Assembly: GCA_036555275.1 (NCBI GenBank)
Contig: DATBLR010000091.1
Span: 8,888 to 72,887 of the forward strand
Source: Gemmatimonadales bacterium
Lineage (GTDB): Bacteria > Gemmatimonadota > Gemmatimonadetes > Gemmatimonadales > GWC2-71-9
Direction of reading: 5' to 3'
DNA: 64,000 nucleotides
Position 1 is the first letter of the stretch, and every line of letters begins with the position of its first letter. The notes beneath the pieces were generated by a model. It did no database searches, was not told where the DNA came from, and was given only the letters and a program-made list of their open reading frames with translations. Shown here one piece after another: positions 10,875 through 19,769 of this stretch. Both the position numbers and the translations under genes were made by a program.

Positions 10875-11362
10875 CTGGTCGGACCCGATGCGGCAGCAAG
10901 GACTTCGCCCCGCATGGCCACGCTCAGTAGCTGGTCGATCTCCAGCCGTTCCTCGATCGAGAGGAATTGATCAAGGTCGTGGATGATCAGGACTCCGTCT
11001 GGCAGTGTGGCGATTCCCGAAGCGTACTGCACGCCCGGAACCACGTCGGCAACCTTCCGGATGACTTCGGGAGCCACCGTCAGGAGGTCAAGCGCACGGT
11101 CGACTCGGAGCGCCACGGGGCCACCGAGCGTGTCGGCGAGCATGAGGTGTTGGTCTGGTTGCAGGGGCGCGGCGGGCAGACCGAATCGCAGTCGGAGGTC
11201 GAGGACGGGCGTCACGGTACCGCCGACATTGATGACCCCTTCGAGGACTGCCGGTGCTCCAGGGAGCGGAGAGATCGCAACCGCCCGCACGATCCGGTTG
11301 ACCGAGCGCGCGTTGACGGCCAGGCACCACCCCCCAATCTCGAAGACAAGCAGGGATACCAC
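10871..11362 (-). CDS. cheW: CheW-like coupling protein
   Basis: 163 aa. LLVFEIGGWCLAVNARSV...GVINVGGTVTPVLDLRLRFGL. Stop overlaps the cheR start by 4 nt. Confidence 0.88.
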   Translation of the reverse strand: MVSLLVFEIGGWCLAVNARSVNRIVRAVAISPLPGAPAVLEGVINVGGTVTPVLDLRLRFGLPAAPLQPDQHLMLADTLGGPVALRVDRALDLLTVAPEVIRKVADVVPGVQYASGIATLPDGVLIIHDLDQFLSIEERLEIDQLLSVAMRGEVLAAASGPTR

Positions 11363-11703
11363 CGCCCCCCCTCGGCTCCACTCGGTTGGCGTACCAATCC
11401 TGTTATCCTGTGCGCCTGGAACTACGAGAAGAGATAGAATATACGAAGGGAGGTATCCGCTTCGGTGTCAGCAAATTCCGACAAGACTCGGTTATTCAGC
11501 ACCCAGGGAGGCGCACAGGGGGCCGATCCGGGAGGGCGCGGCTAGTCAGGTGTGCTGGGGTTGCCTCCAGACCACTAGGGTTTGTGGGCCCTGCACCGGG
11601 CGTCAACAGCGTTCGCCGCGCGTGCTGCGTCAGCCGATGTGGGCGGGGTGTTGCGGCGGATCCGGGCGCGACACGGCTGGTGCACCCGCACACCCCTCCC
11701 CAA

Positions 11704-12015
11704 TCAGTTCCTCACGTAGCTGACTACAACTCGCCGCGCTTCCCGAGACTGGTCACCGGTCACTAGGTCACGCCCCGCGGCCTCTACCCACGCGTCGGCG
11801 GTGCTGGTTCCCGCTGGCGGGTGCCAGCCAAGCTCACCGGCCGCGAAGTGTCGTACAGCCGCGGTCTGGATGGTATCGAGCGGTACCACCCGCGCGCTGA
11901 CCTGTACCGTGGCCCTCCCCTGCCCGAAGGCCGGAACCGCGGCACCGCACACGATAAGGATGGCGAGTCCGGCTATCCGCCCTCCGCCCCAATCCCGCCT
12001 CAGAATTCTGTTCAT
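11704..12015 (-). CDS. small secreted hypothetical protein
   Basis: 103 aa with a plausible signal peptide (RIAGLAILIVCGAAVPAFGQG). No recognisable domain. Sits in a less GC-rich gap between two signalling modules. Confidence 0.4.
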   Translation of the reverse strand: MNRILRRDWGGGRIAGLAILIVCGAAVPAFGQGRATVQVSARVVPLDTIQTAAVRHFAAGELGWHPPAGTSTADAWVEAAGRDLVTGDQSREARRVVVSYVRN

Positions 12016-12398
12016 GTTGCCGCCTCGCTGGCCTGCTGTCAGAAGGTGAACACTTCAGCTAAGATCAATGTCCATGCAAGGTTAGGACCAAGATATCGTC
12101 CATATTCTTGACAGGCAGAGATGAACTGCTCGCCCACTGCACGAGAATCGGTGGCGACAAGGAACTGGGCGCTAGAGCTGCAGCCGCGTCAGATCTGTCT
12201 GACAGAAGGAAGCGAATTGGGCGGATTTCCGAGGCTTTGAAGTGGAAGAGTGTGGCGGGTGACCTACAGCGTGGCGCTGCCTGACAGAACGGCGGAGGCG
12301 CCGGACCGCCCTCCGCCCCAGCGGGCATCCTGGGCGACGGGCCCCAGCGCACCGCGAGCTGCAGCGCGCAAGGCCTCCTGAGAGGGGTGAGGGAGGAT

Positions 12399-13511
12399 CT
12401 AGGCCGTCACCGAGCCGGGCCCGCGGAACTCGACCGGGTCGGCATGCTCACTGTGATCGGCGACGAAGGTCAGGGTCTGCCGCCGGCCCACGACCGCGCC
12501 GAGTGCATCAACGACCTTCGGGTCCAGAATGGTGCCGCGGAGTTCCTTCATGCGCTCGACAGCGGCTTCGGGACCCAGCTGCTCCTGGTAGGGCCGGGCG
12601 CTGGTGAGGGCATCGTACACTTCGGCGGCCCCAAGCAGGCGGGCTCCCCAGGGGATTTCCATGCCGGCCGTGCCATCCGGGTAGCCGCCGCCATCCCAGC
12701 GCTCATGGTGGTGGCGGACGAAGCGCACCAGCTCCTCGCACCCGGGGAGCGGGGCGAGGATTTCGGAGCCGATGGCGCTGTGCTTCTTCACCTGCTCAAA
12801 CTCCTCGGGGAGGAGCCGTCCCCGCTTTTTCAGGATAGCGGAGGGGACCGCGATCATGCCGAGGTCGTGGAGCTGGCCGGCCCGGCGGACCAGCTCCACT
12901 TCCTCATCGCTCCGGCCGAGCTGCGCGGCCATGGAGGCGGCGAATTCGGCAACCCTGACCGAGTGGCCGGTGAGATAGGGATCACCCGCCTCTTGCACGG
13001 TGACCAGCGCGCCGAGGGCTCCGAGAGCCAGGCGCTCCAGGTTCGCCTGCTCCAACCGCACCTCGGCGCTCCGCTTGGCGAGCTCCTCCCGCAGATAATG
13101 GGCGGTGTCGTACTCTTCCATCCGCCGTTGCCGTTCCCGGGCAGCCCGCTGCAGCGCCCGCTCGAGCGAGTCGAGCTGGAGCGGTTTGACGAGGTAGTCC
13201 ATGGCGCCCCGCTGCAGACAGACCGTAGCGTTCACCGCCTCGGTCTGGCCGGAGAGCATGATGATGGCGAGGTTCCTATCGAGGTGGGTGGCCTCCTGGA
13301 CGAGATCCATCCCGCTCATGCCGGGGAGGTTCACATCGAACAGCGCAAAGCTGAAGGGCTGGCCCTCCAGCGCCTTGAGCGCGTCCTCCCCACTCTGGGC
13401 GGTGACCACCTCGAAATCGAGGCGCGCGAGGAACTGCCGCAGCGCGTCGCGCATCTCAGCATCGTCGTCCACCACCAGGATGCGATTGGTTCCCGCCTCA
13501 GCCCGTACCAT
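12399..13511 (-). CDS. response regulator with HD-GYP domain (putative c-di-GMP phosphodiesterase)
   Basis: 370 aa. REC (RILVVDDD...ALFDVNLPGMSG...VKP) plus HD-GYP (LHDLGMI, HHERWDGGGYP). Confidence 0.9.
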   Translation of the reverse strand: MVRAEAGTNRILVVDDDAEMRDALRQFLARLDFEVVTAQSGEDALKALEGQPFSFALFDVNLPGMSGMDLVQEATHLDRNLAIIMLSGQTEAVNATVCLQRGAMDYLVKPLQLDSLERALQRAARERQRRMEEYDTAHYLREELAKRSAEVRLEQANLERLALGALGALVTVQEAGDPYLTGHSVRVAEFAASMAAQLGRSDEEVELVRRAGQLHDLGMIAVPSAILKKRGRLLPEEFEQVKKHSAIGSEILAPLPGCEELVRFVRHHHERWDGGGYPDGTAGMEIPWGARLLGAAEVYDALTSARPYQEQLGPEAAVERMKELRGTILDPKVVDALGAVVGRRQTLTFVADHSEHADPVEFRGPGSVTA

Positions 13512-13523
13512 GGACGCACCTCG

Positions 13524-13892
13524 TCAGCGACGGTTGTGACTGCGCGCCCGATATGGGCGCATGGCCCGGATGAGCATTATCATCGCGCTCTCCGTTCGCT
13601 GCAGCTCCGCCCGGGCCTCCCGCAGATCCCCGGAGCGTGCCATCCGCTCCAGTCCCCGGAGTGCCTCGCTGGCCTCGCCTGCGGAGAACTGGGCCACGCT
13701 GCCTCGCAGCCGATGGGCGGCCCACCCCACGCGCGCGTCGTCACCGGCGGCGACCGCCGCTTGCAACTGGGCAAGGATGGGCGGTGCGTGCTCGAGGAAC
13801 AACTCGATCAGCTCCCTGAAGATCCGCCGGTCTCGTCCCAGCGCCTCGAACAGCTGCGCGAGATCTCCCGCGGGGTCCCGCCGCCCGGTCAC
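13524..13892 (-). CDS. Hpt (histidine phosphotransfer) domain protein
   Basis: 122 aa with Hpt motif [20 protein letters not shown] start overlaps the stop of the upstream kinase relic (GTGA). Confidence 0.8.
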   Translation of the reverse strand: MTGRRDPAGDLAQLFEALGRDRRIFRELIELFLEHAPPILAQLQAAVAAGDDARVGWAAHRLRGSVAQFSAGEASEALRGLERMARSGDLREARAELQRTESAMIMLIRAMRPYRARSHNRR

Positions 13893-14601
13893 GACGCCAC
13901 TCCCTGCGAGACCTCCCGCTGGGCCATGCTCGGCAGCCGGAACCAGAAGGTGGTTCCCTCCCCCACTCGACTCGTCACCCCGACCTCACCGCCGTGGGCC
14001 TCGATGGGCATCCTGCCCGACTCCATCCGGCTGACATCGAGGACGGTATCAACCATGTCCTTCATTCTCCGGCAAGGGTCTTCAGCTGGGTAAGCATCCG
14101 GAGCGTCTCTTCGGCGTTGGTCCGCGCGGCGTCCATGCTGAGGAGATGCAGGTACGCGGAAAAGGCGTCGAGCGGAGAGCGGACGTCGTGGACGAGCAGG
14201 TGCACCAGACTGTCGCGGAGCACCTCCAGCTCGCGGAGCCGGACATCCTGGGCTTCCAACTCGTCATAGAGCTTCTTCCCGCGGAGGGCGTTGCGGACCC
14301 GGAGCAGCAGGTCGGCGCTGTCGATCGGCTTGGTGACGAAGTCACTGGCGCCGGCGCGGATGCCATCGAGCTTCGGCATCATCACATCGAGCAGAATGAC
14401 GTCCGGCTTGCTCGCACTCGCGGCGGCGAGCCCGTCGAGCCCGTTCTCTGCCTCCTCGACAACATACCCGTTGGTCTCCAGCAGCTTCCACAGCAGCTGG
14501 CGGTTGGCCGGCTCATCGTCCACGACCAGGACGCGCCCCGGCTCCTTCAACCGAGCGAATACCTCGTCAGCGGGTGATGCCGCCACGCTCCGGTCCTTCA
14601 C
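13890..14601 (-). pseudogene. decayed hybrid kinase: REC with internal deletion - HisKA - frameshift - HATPase tail only
   Basis: ORF 14062..14601. The REC jumps from LLDVMMPKLDG straight to IRAGASDFVTKP (about 35-40 aa missing). The H-box VHDVRSPL is present. After the stop at 14062 my +1-frame translation continues [21 protein letters not shown]|[25 protein letters not shown], so the N/G1/F boxes of the ATP-binding domain are deleted. Confidence 0.65.
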
Positions 14602-14968
14602 GCGTCAGGTATCGAGCGACTTCGGTCGGAAAGGTTCGCGTATTGATCGGTTTGGTGATATACCCGATACACCCTGCGGAGCGCGCCGCCTCCTCGTCTC
14701 CTTTCATCGCCTGCGCGGTGAGCGCCACGACCGGGATCGCCGCGGTCCGGGGATCGGCGCGAAGGCGCCGCAATGCTTCCAGTCCGCTCATATCGGGCAA
14801 TCGGATATCGAGGAGGACCAGATCCGGCAAGTGTTCCCCCGCCATCCGCAGCCCTTCCGTGGCGGTGGTCGCCTCGAGGACCGTCAGCCCTGCCGTACGC
14901 AACACATCCGACGCCAGCTCCAGATTCATCGGATGATCCTCGACCACCAGCACCATGGCACTGGTCAC
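14567..14968 (-). CDS. single-domain CheY-like response regulator
   Basis: 133 aa. VLVVEDHPMN...LVLLDIRLPDMSG...ITKP. Start overlaps the stop of the upstream hybrid kinase by 4 nt. Confidence 0.9.
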   Translation of the reverse strand: MTSAMVLVVEDHPMNLELASDVLRTAGLTVLEATTATEGLRMAGEHLPDLVLLDIRLPDMSGLEALRRLRADPRTAAIPVVALTAQAMKGDEEAARSAGCIGYITKPINTRTFPTEVARYLTREGPERGGITR

Positions 14969-17412
14969 GCGGGTTCGCTCCCTTCGGAAACGGCGTCGGG
15001 CGCGCGACGGCGGGAGGGGATCCGCTCGATGGCGTCGAGCAGGGTCACCGTGTCCGACTTGGAGACGATCCGGCGCACCCGCCCGCTCAGTGCCTCGCGC
15101 TCGTCCGCAGCCAGCTCCTTGAACGTGAAGACTATGACCGGAATGCCCCGAGTTGCCTCCTGCTCCTGGAGCCGGCGGGCGACCTCGAACCCGGAGAGAC
15201 CCGGCATGACGAGATCGAGCACCACGACATCGGGAAGCTGCTCGGTTGCGAGGCGGATCCCCTCGGCCCCGCCGTAAGCGCGCAAGGCTCGGAAGCCGCG
15301 GCGCTCGAGGGTATCCGCGAGCAGGTCGACGGTCTCCCGGTGGTCGTCAATAACCAGGATGGTGCGCTCCCCGCCGTTCGATGTCGCCGGTACTGCCCGG
15401 GACACCGCATCGAGGAGCCGCTCCCGGTTGACCGGCTTGACCAGCCAGTCCGAGGCCCCGAGGCTGAACCCAAGCGCCCGGTCGTCGGTAATCGATACGA
15501 CGATCACCGGAATCCGCTCGGTGTCCGCCAATGCCCGGAGCCGGGACAGGACCTCGAGGCCATCCTGATCCGGCAGGAGGATGTCCAGGGTGATCGCGAC
15601 CGGCTTGAGCCGGCGGGCCATCTCAAGCGCCTGCTCGGCGTTCGCGGCCTGGGCGACGGCGTAGCCCTGGCTTGTCAGATAGTGGCAGAGTAGTTCGCCG
15701 GCCACCGGATCATCCTCGACCACCAGCACGACCGGCTTGCCGTCCTCCCCGGGCAGGGCCGCTGCTCCTGCTCCAGCCCGGCCGGGTGTCAGCACGCTGG
15801 GCGGAACCCGCGGCAGGAAGATGGAGAACGTAGAGCCCCTCCCGACGGTGCTTTCCAGGCCGATCCTTCCGCCGTGCAGATCGACCAGCCGGCGGGTGAG
15901 AGCGAGGCCGAGTCCGGTACCCTGCTGCTCCCTGACGTAGGAAGCGTCGAGCTGCTCGAATTCCAGGAAGATCCGGTTCTGGTCTTCCGGCCGGATGCCG
16001 ATACCGCTGTCTTCCACCTCGATGGCCAGCCAGTCTTCCGCCTCCCCCGGGGCGCTGGGGTCAGGGACCGTCCGGGCTCGCACCTGCACCAGCCCACCGT
16101 CGTGGGTGAACTTGATCGCGTTGCTGAGCAGGTTGTAGAGGATTTGCTTGAACTTGGCCCGATCCGCGGTGATGATCGGCAACGCGGCCGGCGAGCTCAC
16201 CTCCAGGCGCAGCCGCTTCCCCATCGCCAGTGACTCAACAATGCGCTGCACCTCACGGATCGCGGCGACGGGTTCGAAGCTGCTGGGCTCGAGAGTCAGG
16301 CGTCCAGCCTCGATCCTGGCGAGATCGAGAATGTCGTTGACCAGATCGAGAAGGTGTCGGCCGCTGGTCACAATGTTCCCCACGTAGCGCCGCTGCCGGT
16401 CGTTCAGGGGACCGGAGCTCAGGTCCTCCAGGAGCTCCGAGAAGCCGATGATGGCGTTGAGCGGAGTCCGAAGCTCGTGGCTCATGTTGGCGAGAAACTG
16501 TGACTTGGCGCGGCTGGCCGCTTCCGCCATTTCGCGGCCGCGCCCCTCTTCCTCCGCACGTCGGCGCTCGCTGATGTCAGCGTAGACCACGACGGCCCCG
16601 ATCACCGCGCCGCCGGAATCATGTAGCGGAGCGGACCAGAGGCTCACATCGACCCGCGAGCCGTCCTTGCGACGACGGGTTGTCATGAAATCGGTGATCA
16701 CCTCTCCACCCAGGGCGCGACGGCGCAGGTCGCTGTCCTCCTCGGTCAGGTCGGCGGGAACGTTGGGCAGCTCCCCCCCGACGACCTCGGCCGCCGTCCA
16801 GCCGAACATGCGCTCAGCGCTGGCGGGCCAGCTGGTAACGCGGCAGGTCAGGTCGATACTCACGATCGCCTGCGGCGACGCCGCCACGATAGTGCGGAGC
16901 TCGTCATGCGCTCGCCGCAGCGCCTCGAGCGCCGAGGTCAGGGCGTCCGGGCTGGTCCGCGCCGCCTTGAGGCGCACGTACTCGGTGACCTCCTCCAGCC
17001 GGTGAATGATGTAGGCAACCTTCTTCCCCCGGCCGAATACCGGAAAGTTGACCGGGCTCCACCAGCGCTCCTCGAAGCCGCCTCCCTCGGCCTCGGGCCG
17101 GCGAATGTCATACTTCTGCACCGCCATCGCATCGGGCCGCCGGTGCGTGAGAACCCGCTGGAGCGAGGCCCGGAGATTCCCGACTCCGGTGCCGGCGATC
17201 TCGTCGGGATTGTCGGGGAAGACCTCGAAGATGCCGCGGCCCACAATGGCCTCCCGGCGGGTCATCGTCGCCCGGAGGTAGGCGTCGCTCACGGCGATGA
17301 TGGTGAAGTCGGGCGCGAGCACCAGGTAGTGCCCCGGAACCGCCTCAAACAGCGCCCGGAAGTCCGCTGGGGGCAGCCTCGATCGGCGGGTGGCGGGACC
17401 GCGGCGCTTCAT
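14965..17412 (-). CDS. hybrid sensor histidine kinase: PAS - PAS - HisKA - HATPase - REC - REC (paralog of 2092..5055)
   Basis: ORF 14965..17556. Likely start is [10 protein letters not shown] at 17412, 8 nt after the upstream stop. H-box [25 protein letters not shown], two receivers. Long near-identical stretches with the kinase at 2092..5055. Confidence 0.9.
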   Translation of the reverse strand: MKRRGPATRRSRLPPADFRALFEAVPGHYLVLAPDFTIIAVSDAYLRATMTRREAIVGRGIFEVFPDNPDEIAGTGVGNLRASLQRVLTHRRPDAMAVQKYDIRRPEAEGGGFEERWWSPVNFPVFGRGKKVAYIIHRLEEVTEYVRLKAARTSPDALTSALEALRRAHDELRTIVAASPQAIVSIDLTCRVTSWPASAERMFGWTAAEVVGGELPNVPADLTEEDSDLRRRALGGEVITDFMTTRRRKDGSRVDVSLWSAPLHDSGGAVIGAVVVYADISERRRAEEEGRGREMAEAASRAKSQFLANMSHELRTPLNAIIGFSELLEDLSSGPLNDRQRRYVGNIVTSGRHLLDLVNDILDLARIEAGRLTLEPSSFEPVAAIREVQRIVESLAMGKRLRLEVSSPAALPIITADRAKFKQILYNLLSNAIKFTHDGGLVQVRARTVPDPSAPGEAEDWLAIEVEDSGIGIRPEDQNRIFLEFEQLDASYVREQQGTGLGLALTRRLVDLHGGRIGLESTVGRGSTFSIFLPRVPPSVLTPGRAGAGAAALPGEDGKPVVLVVEDDPVAGELLCHYLTSQGYAVAQAANAEQALEMARRLKPVAITLDILLPDQDGLEVLSRLRALADTERIPVIVVSITDDRALGFSLGASDWLVKPVNRERLLDAVSRAVPATSNGGERTILVIDDHRETVDLLADTLERRGFRALRAYGGAEGIRLATEQLPDVVVLDLVMPGLSGFEVARRLQEQEATRGIPVIVFTFKELAADEREALSGRVRRIVSKSDTVTLLDAIERIPSRRRAPDAVSEGSEPA

Positions 17413-17420
17413 TCCCTTCC

Positions 17421-18659
17421 TCAGCGCCTTTCGCCGGCATCGACATCCTTCAGATGGCGCGGCAGGGGAAGTCTGATGAAGGCGGCCACCAGCCGAGGAT
17501 CGAAGTGGCGGCCACTCAGCCCGCAGATCTCGGCGGTGACACGCTCCAGTGACCACGGGGGGCGGTAGGGACGGGCGTGCGTCAGGGCATCAAAATAGTC
17601 GGCGATGGTGACCAGCCGGGCCTCGATTGGAATGTCATCGGCCGCCAAGCCATCCGGATAGCCTTCTCCATCCCAGCGCTCATGGTGACTCCGGGCAATC
17701 CGCTCCGCCATTCGGATCAGGTCAGTCTGCCCGCCAGCCAGAATCTGGGCCCCGATGGTGGTGTGAGTCCGCATGACCGTGAACTCCGCTTCCGTCAACC
17801 GAGCGGGCTTGAGCAAGATCTGGTCGGGGATCCCGATCTTGCCCACGTCATGGAGGGGTGCCGCGCGGCGGATCAGATTCGCCCCATTCTCCTCGATGCC
17901 GACTGCGCGGGCCAGCGCCTCGGAAAGGGCCGCCACGCGCTGAGTGTGGCGTCCGGTGTCGTCATCGCGGAATTCCGCCGCGCTCGCCAGACGCTCCAGG
18001 ACCTCCAGTTGGGACTCGTCCAGTTGGCGGGTCCGGGCTAGAACCATCCCTTCCAGCTGCCGGTTCTGCTCCTTGAGCTCCAGATGCAAGAACCGGGTTT
18101 CCAGCAGATTGCCGATCCGGAGCAGAACCTCCACCCCGTCGAACGGCTTGAGCAGGAAATCCCGTGCCCCTCCTGCCAATGCCTGCTGCCGGACTTCGGT
18201 GCGGCTGTCGCCAGTCAGCATGATGACCGGAAGGTGATTGTCCGCGGCCAGTTCCTCGCGAAGGGCATGGAGCACACCAAACCCGTCGAGGCCCGGCATG
18301 TGGAGGTCGAGCAGAATCGCGTCCGGTCGAAACTCGCGAAACACCGCCAGCGCCTGCCGCGAATCCGCCGTGCAGTTGACCGCGCGGTAGCCCGCGTTGC
18401 CGAAAATGCCCTCCAGCAACTGGAGGTTGAGATCTTCGTCGTCTATGACGAGGATCCGCGCCTCGGGATGGCGCGCCGCTGCAGCCTGTCGATAAACTGA
18501 GAGCGCCGGGGCCCCCGGGGCACTCCGCTTCCGTTCGGACCTGCCGTCGGATCGTGGCGCCGCCGATCGCATCTCCTGCTCGCTGATTCTCATATCTGCT
18601 CCGCCCGACCCTTCGCCAGGGCTACGACTTGGCGACCGGACCGAGGTCGGTACTGTCAA
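17421..18659 (-). CDS. response regulator with HD-GYP domain (paralog of 12399..13511)
   Basis: 412 aa. REC (ILVIDDEDLN...ILLDLHMPGLDG...LKP) plus HD-GYP (LHDVGKI, HHERWDGEGYP). Start uncertain (18659 or MRISEQ at 18593). Confidence 0.88.
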   Translation of the reverse strand: MTVPTSVRSPSRSPGEGSGGADMRISEQEMRSAAPRSDGRSERKRSAPGAPALSVYRQAAAARHPEARILVIDDEDLNLQLLEGIFGNAGYRAVNCTADSRQALAVFREFRPDAILLDLHMPGLDGFGVLHALREELAADNHLPVIMLTGDSRTEVRQQALAGGARDFLLKPFDGVEVLLRIGNLLETRFLHLELKEQNRQLEGMVLARTRQLDESQLEVLERLASAAEFRDDDTGRHTQRVAALSEALARAVGIEENGANLIRRAAPLHDVGKIGIPDQILLKPARLTEAEFTVMRTHTTIGAQILAGGQTDLIRMAERIARSHHERWDGEGYPDGLAADDIPIEARLVTIADYFDALTHARPYRPPWSLERVTAEICGLSGRHFDPRLVAAFIRLPLPRHLKDVDAGERR

Positions 18660-18837
18660 GAGAAGCTACACCAGTCAGCATCTACCAGATGCGGACCACG
18701 ATAAGGCCAACCCCCCCGGAAGCGGTATCAGACATATCTGACAATTGGGGACAAACCGTTGTGAGGCAACCAATACGGCCAGCGGGTTACCCCTAAATCA
18801 AGGCGGGCTGCTGCGACAGGAGCAGGTGGGAATGGCG

Positions 18838-19467
18838 TCAGGCAATGAGTTGATTCTCGATGGCAAAGCGAACCAGGTCGGCGTTGGTTTCCATGGCCAG
18901 TTTCTGGAGAACTCCCAGGCGGTAGGTGCTTACAGTCTTGGGACTTAGGTCCCGCTCACCGGCGAGCTGCGTGATCCCCCTTCCCTGAGCAAGAAGCACC
19001 AGGATCTCGAACTCGCGGGTAGAAAGATCCCCGATGCGAGTGCCCTGAGGGGGCGCCGCGTCCCGCGCGTACGGCTCCTGGTCGGACTGGCCGCTGACGT
19101 AGGTACCCCCGGCCAAGGTCCGCATGATAGCGCGGGACAGCCCATCGACCGATTGCCGTTTGCTCACATACCCCCGGGCGCCTGCCTTGAGCGCGCGCTC
19201 GGCGTAGTGGGCCTCGGGGTGCATGCTCACCACGAGGACCTTGAGTTGGGGATGGCCGCTGCCGATACGCGACATCAGTTCCAGAAAGCCCGGGCCGGGC
19301 ATCGAGATGTCGGGCAGGAGCATGTCCTGGGTCGAATCGAGCGCGGTGAGAAGGCCCGCACCATCGGAGGCCTCTCCGACCACTTGGAAGCTCGGGTCAT
19401 CCCGGATGATGCGATTCAAGCCCTCGCGCACTGGAGGGTGATCGTCGGCGAGGAAGACCCGGATCAT
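18838..19467 (-). CDS. NarL/FixJ-family response regulator (REC + LuxR-type HTH)
   Basis: ORF 18838..19644. Likely start is MIRVFLADDHPPV at 19467. C-terminal LSTREFEILVLLAQGRGITQLAGERDLSPKTVSTYR. Confidence 0.88.
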   Translation of the reverse strand: MIRVFLADDHPPVREGLNRIIRDDPSFQVVGEASDGAGLLTALDSTQDMLLPDISMPGPGFLELMSRIGSGHPQLKVLVVSMHPEAHYAERALKAGARGYVSKRQSVDGLSRAIMRTLAGGTYVSGQSDQEPYARDAAPPQGTRIGDLSTREFEILVLLAQGRGITQLAGERDLSPKTVSTYRLGVLQKLAMETNADLVRFAIENQLIA

Positions 19468-19769
19468 CGGCTCTCCCGGGCGGGGGCGCTCCGGTGAGTG
19501 GCAGGATGAGGGAGAGCCGGGTTCCTTCACCCGTTGCACTCTGGATCTCGCAGCGGCCATGGAGCGCCAGCGCTCGTTCCCGCATGCCGAGCAGGCCGAG
19601 GGAGCTGGGATGGTGCATGGCTTCAGCGGGAAGGCCGATGCCATTGTCGCTCACTTCGAGGGTGGCCAGCCCGTCCGCGATGTCAAGCCGGGCCCGGACG
19701 AGATCCGCCTTGGCGTGGCGCGCGACATTAGCGAGTGCCTCCTGCAGGACCCGGAAGATCGTGGTGGAG
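19397..19769 (-). pseudogene. 5'-truncated NarX/LiaS-type histidine kinase: HATPase domain only, no HisKA_3 or sensor
   Basis: ORF 19397..19849. Only FRVLQEALANVARHA...VSDNGIGLP...GLLGMRERALALHG...GEGTRLSLILPL is kinase-like. The first ~27 codons are a read-through of the tRNA-Leu gene. There is no start codon between the tRNA and the N-box. Confidence 0.7.

Noticed and set aside
12065-12352. 95-aa minus-strand ORF in the gap downstream of the HD-GYP gene.
   Set aside because: No start context, no motifs and an atypical composition. It is more likely non-coding regulatory DNA.
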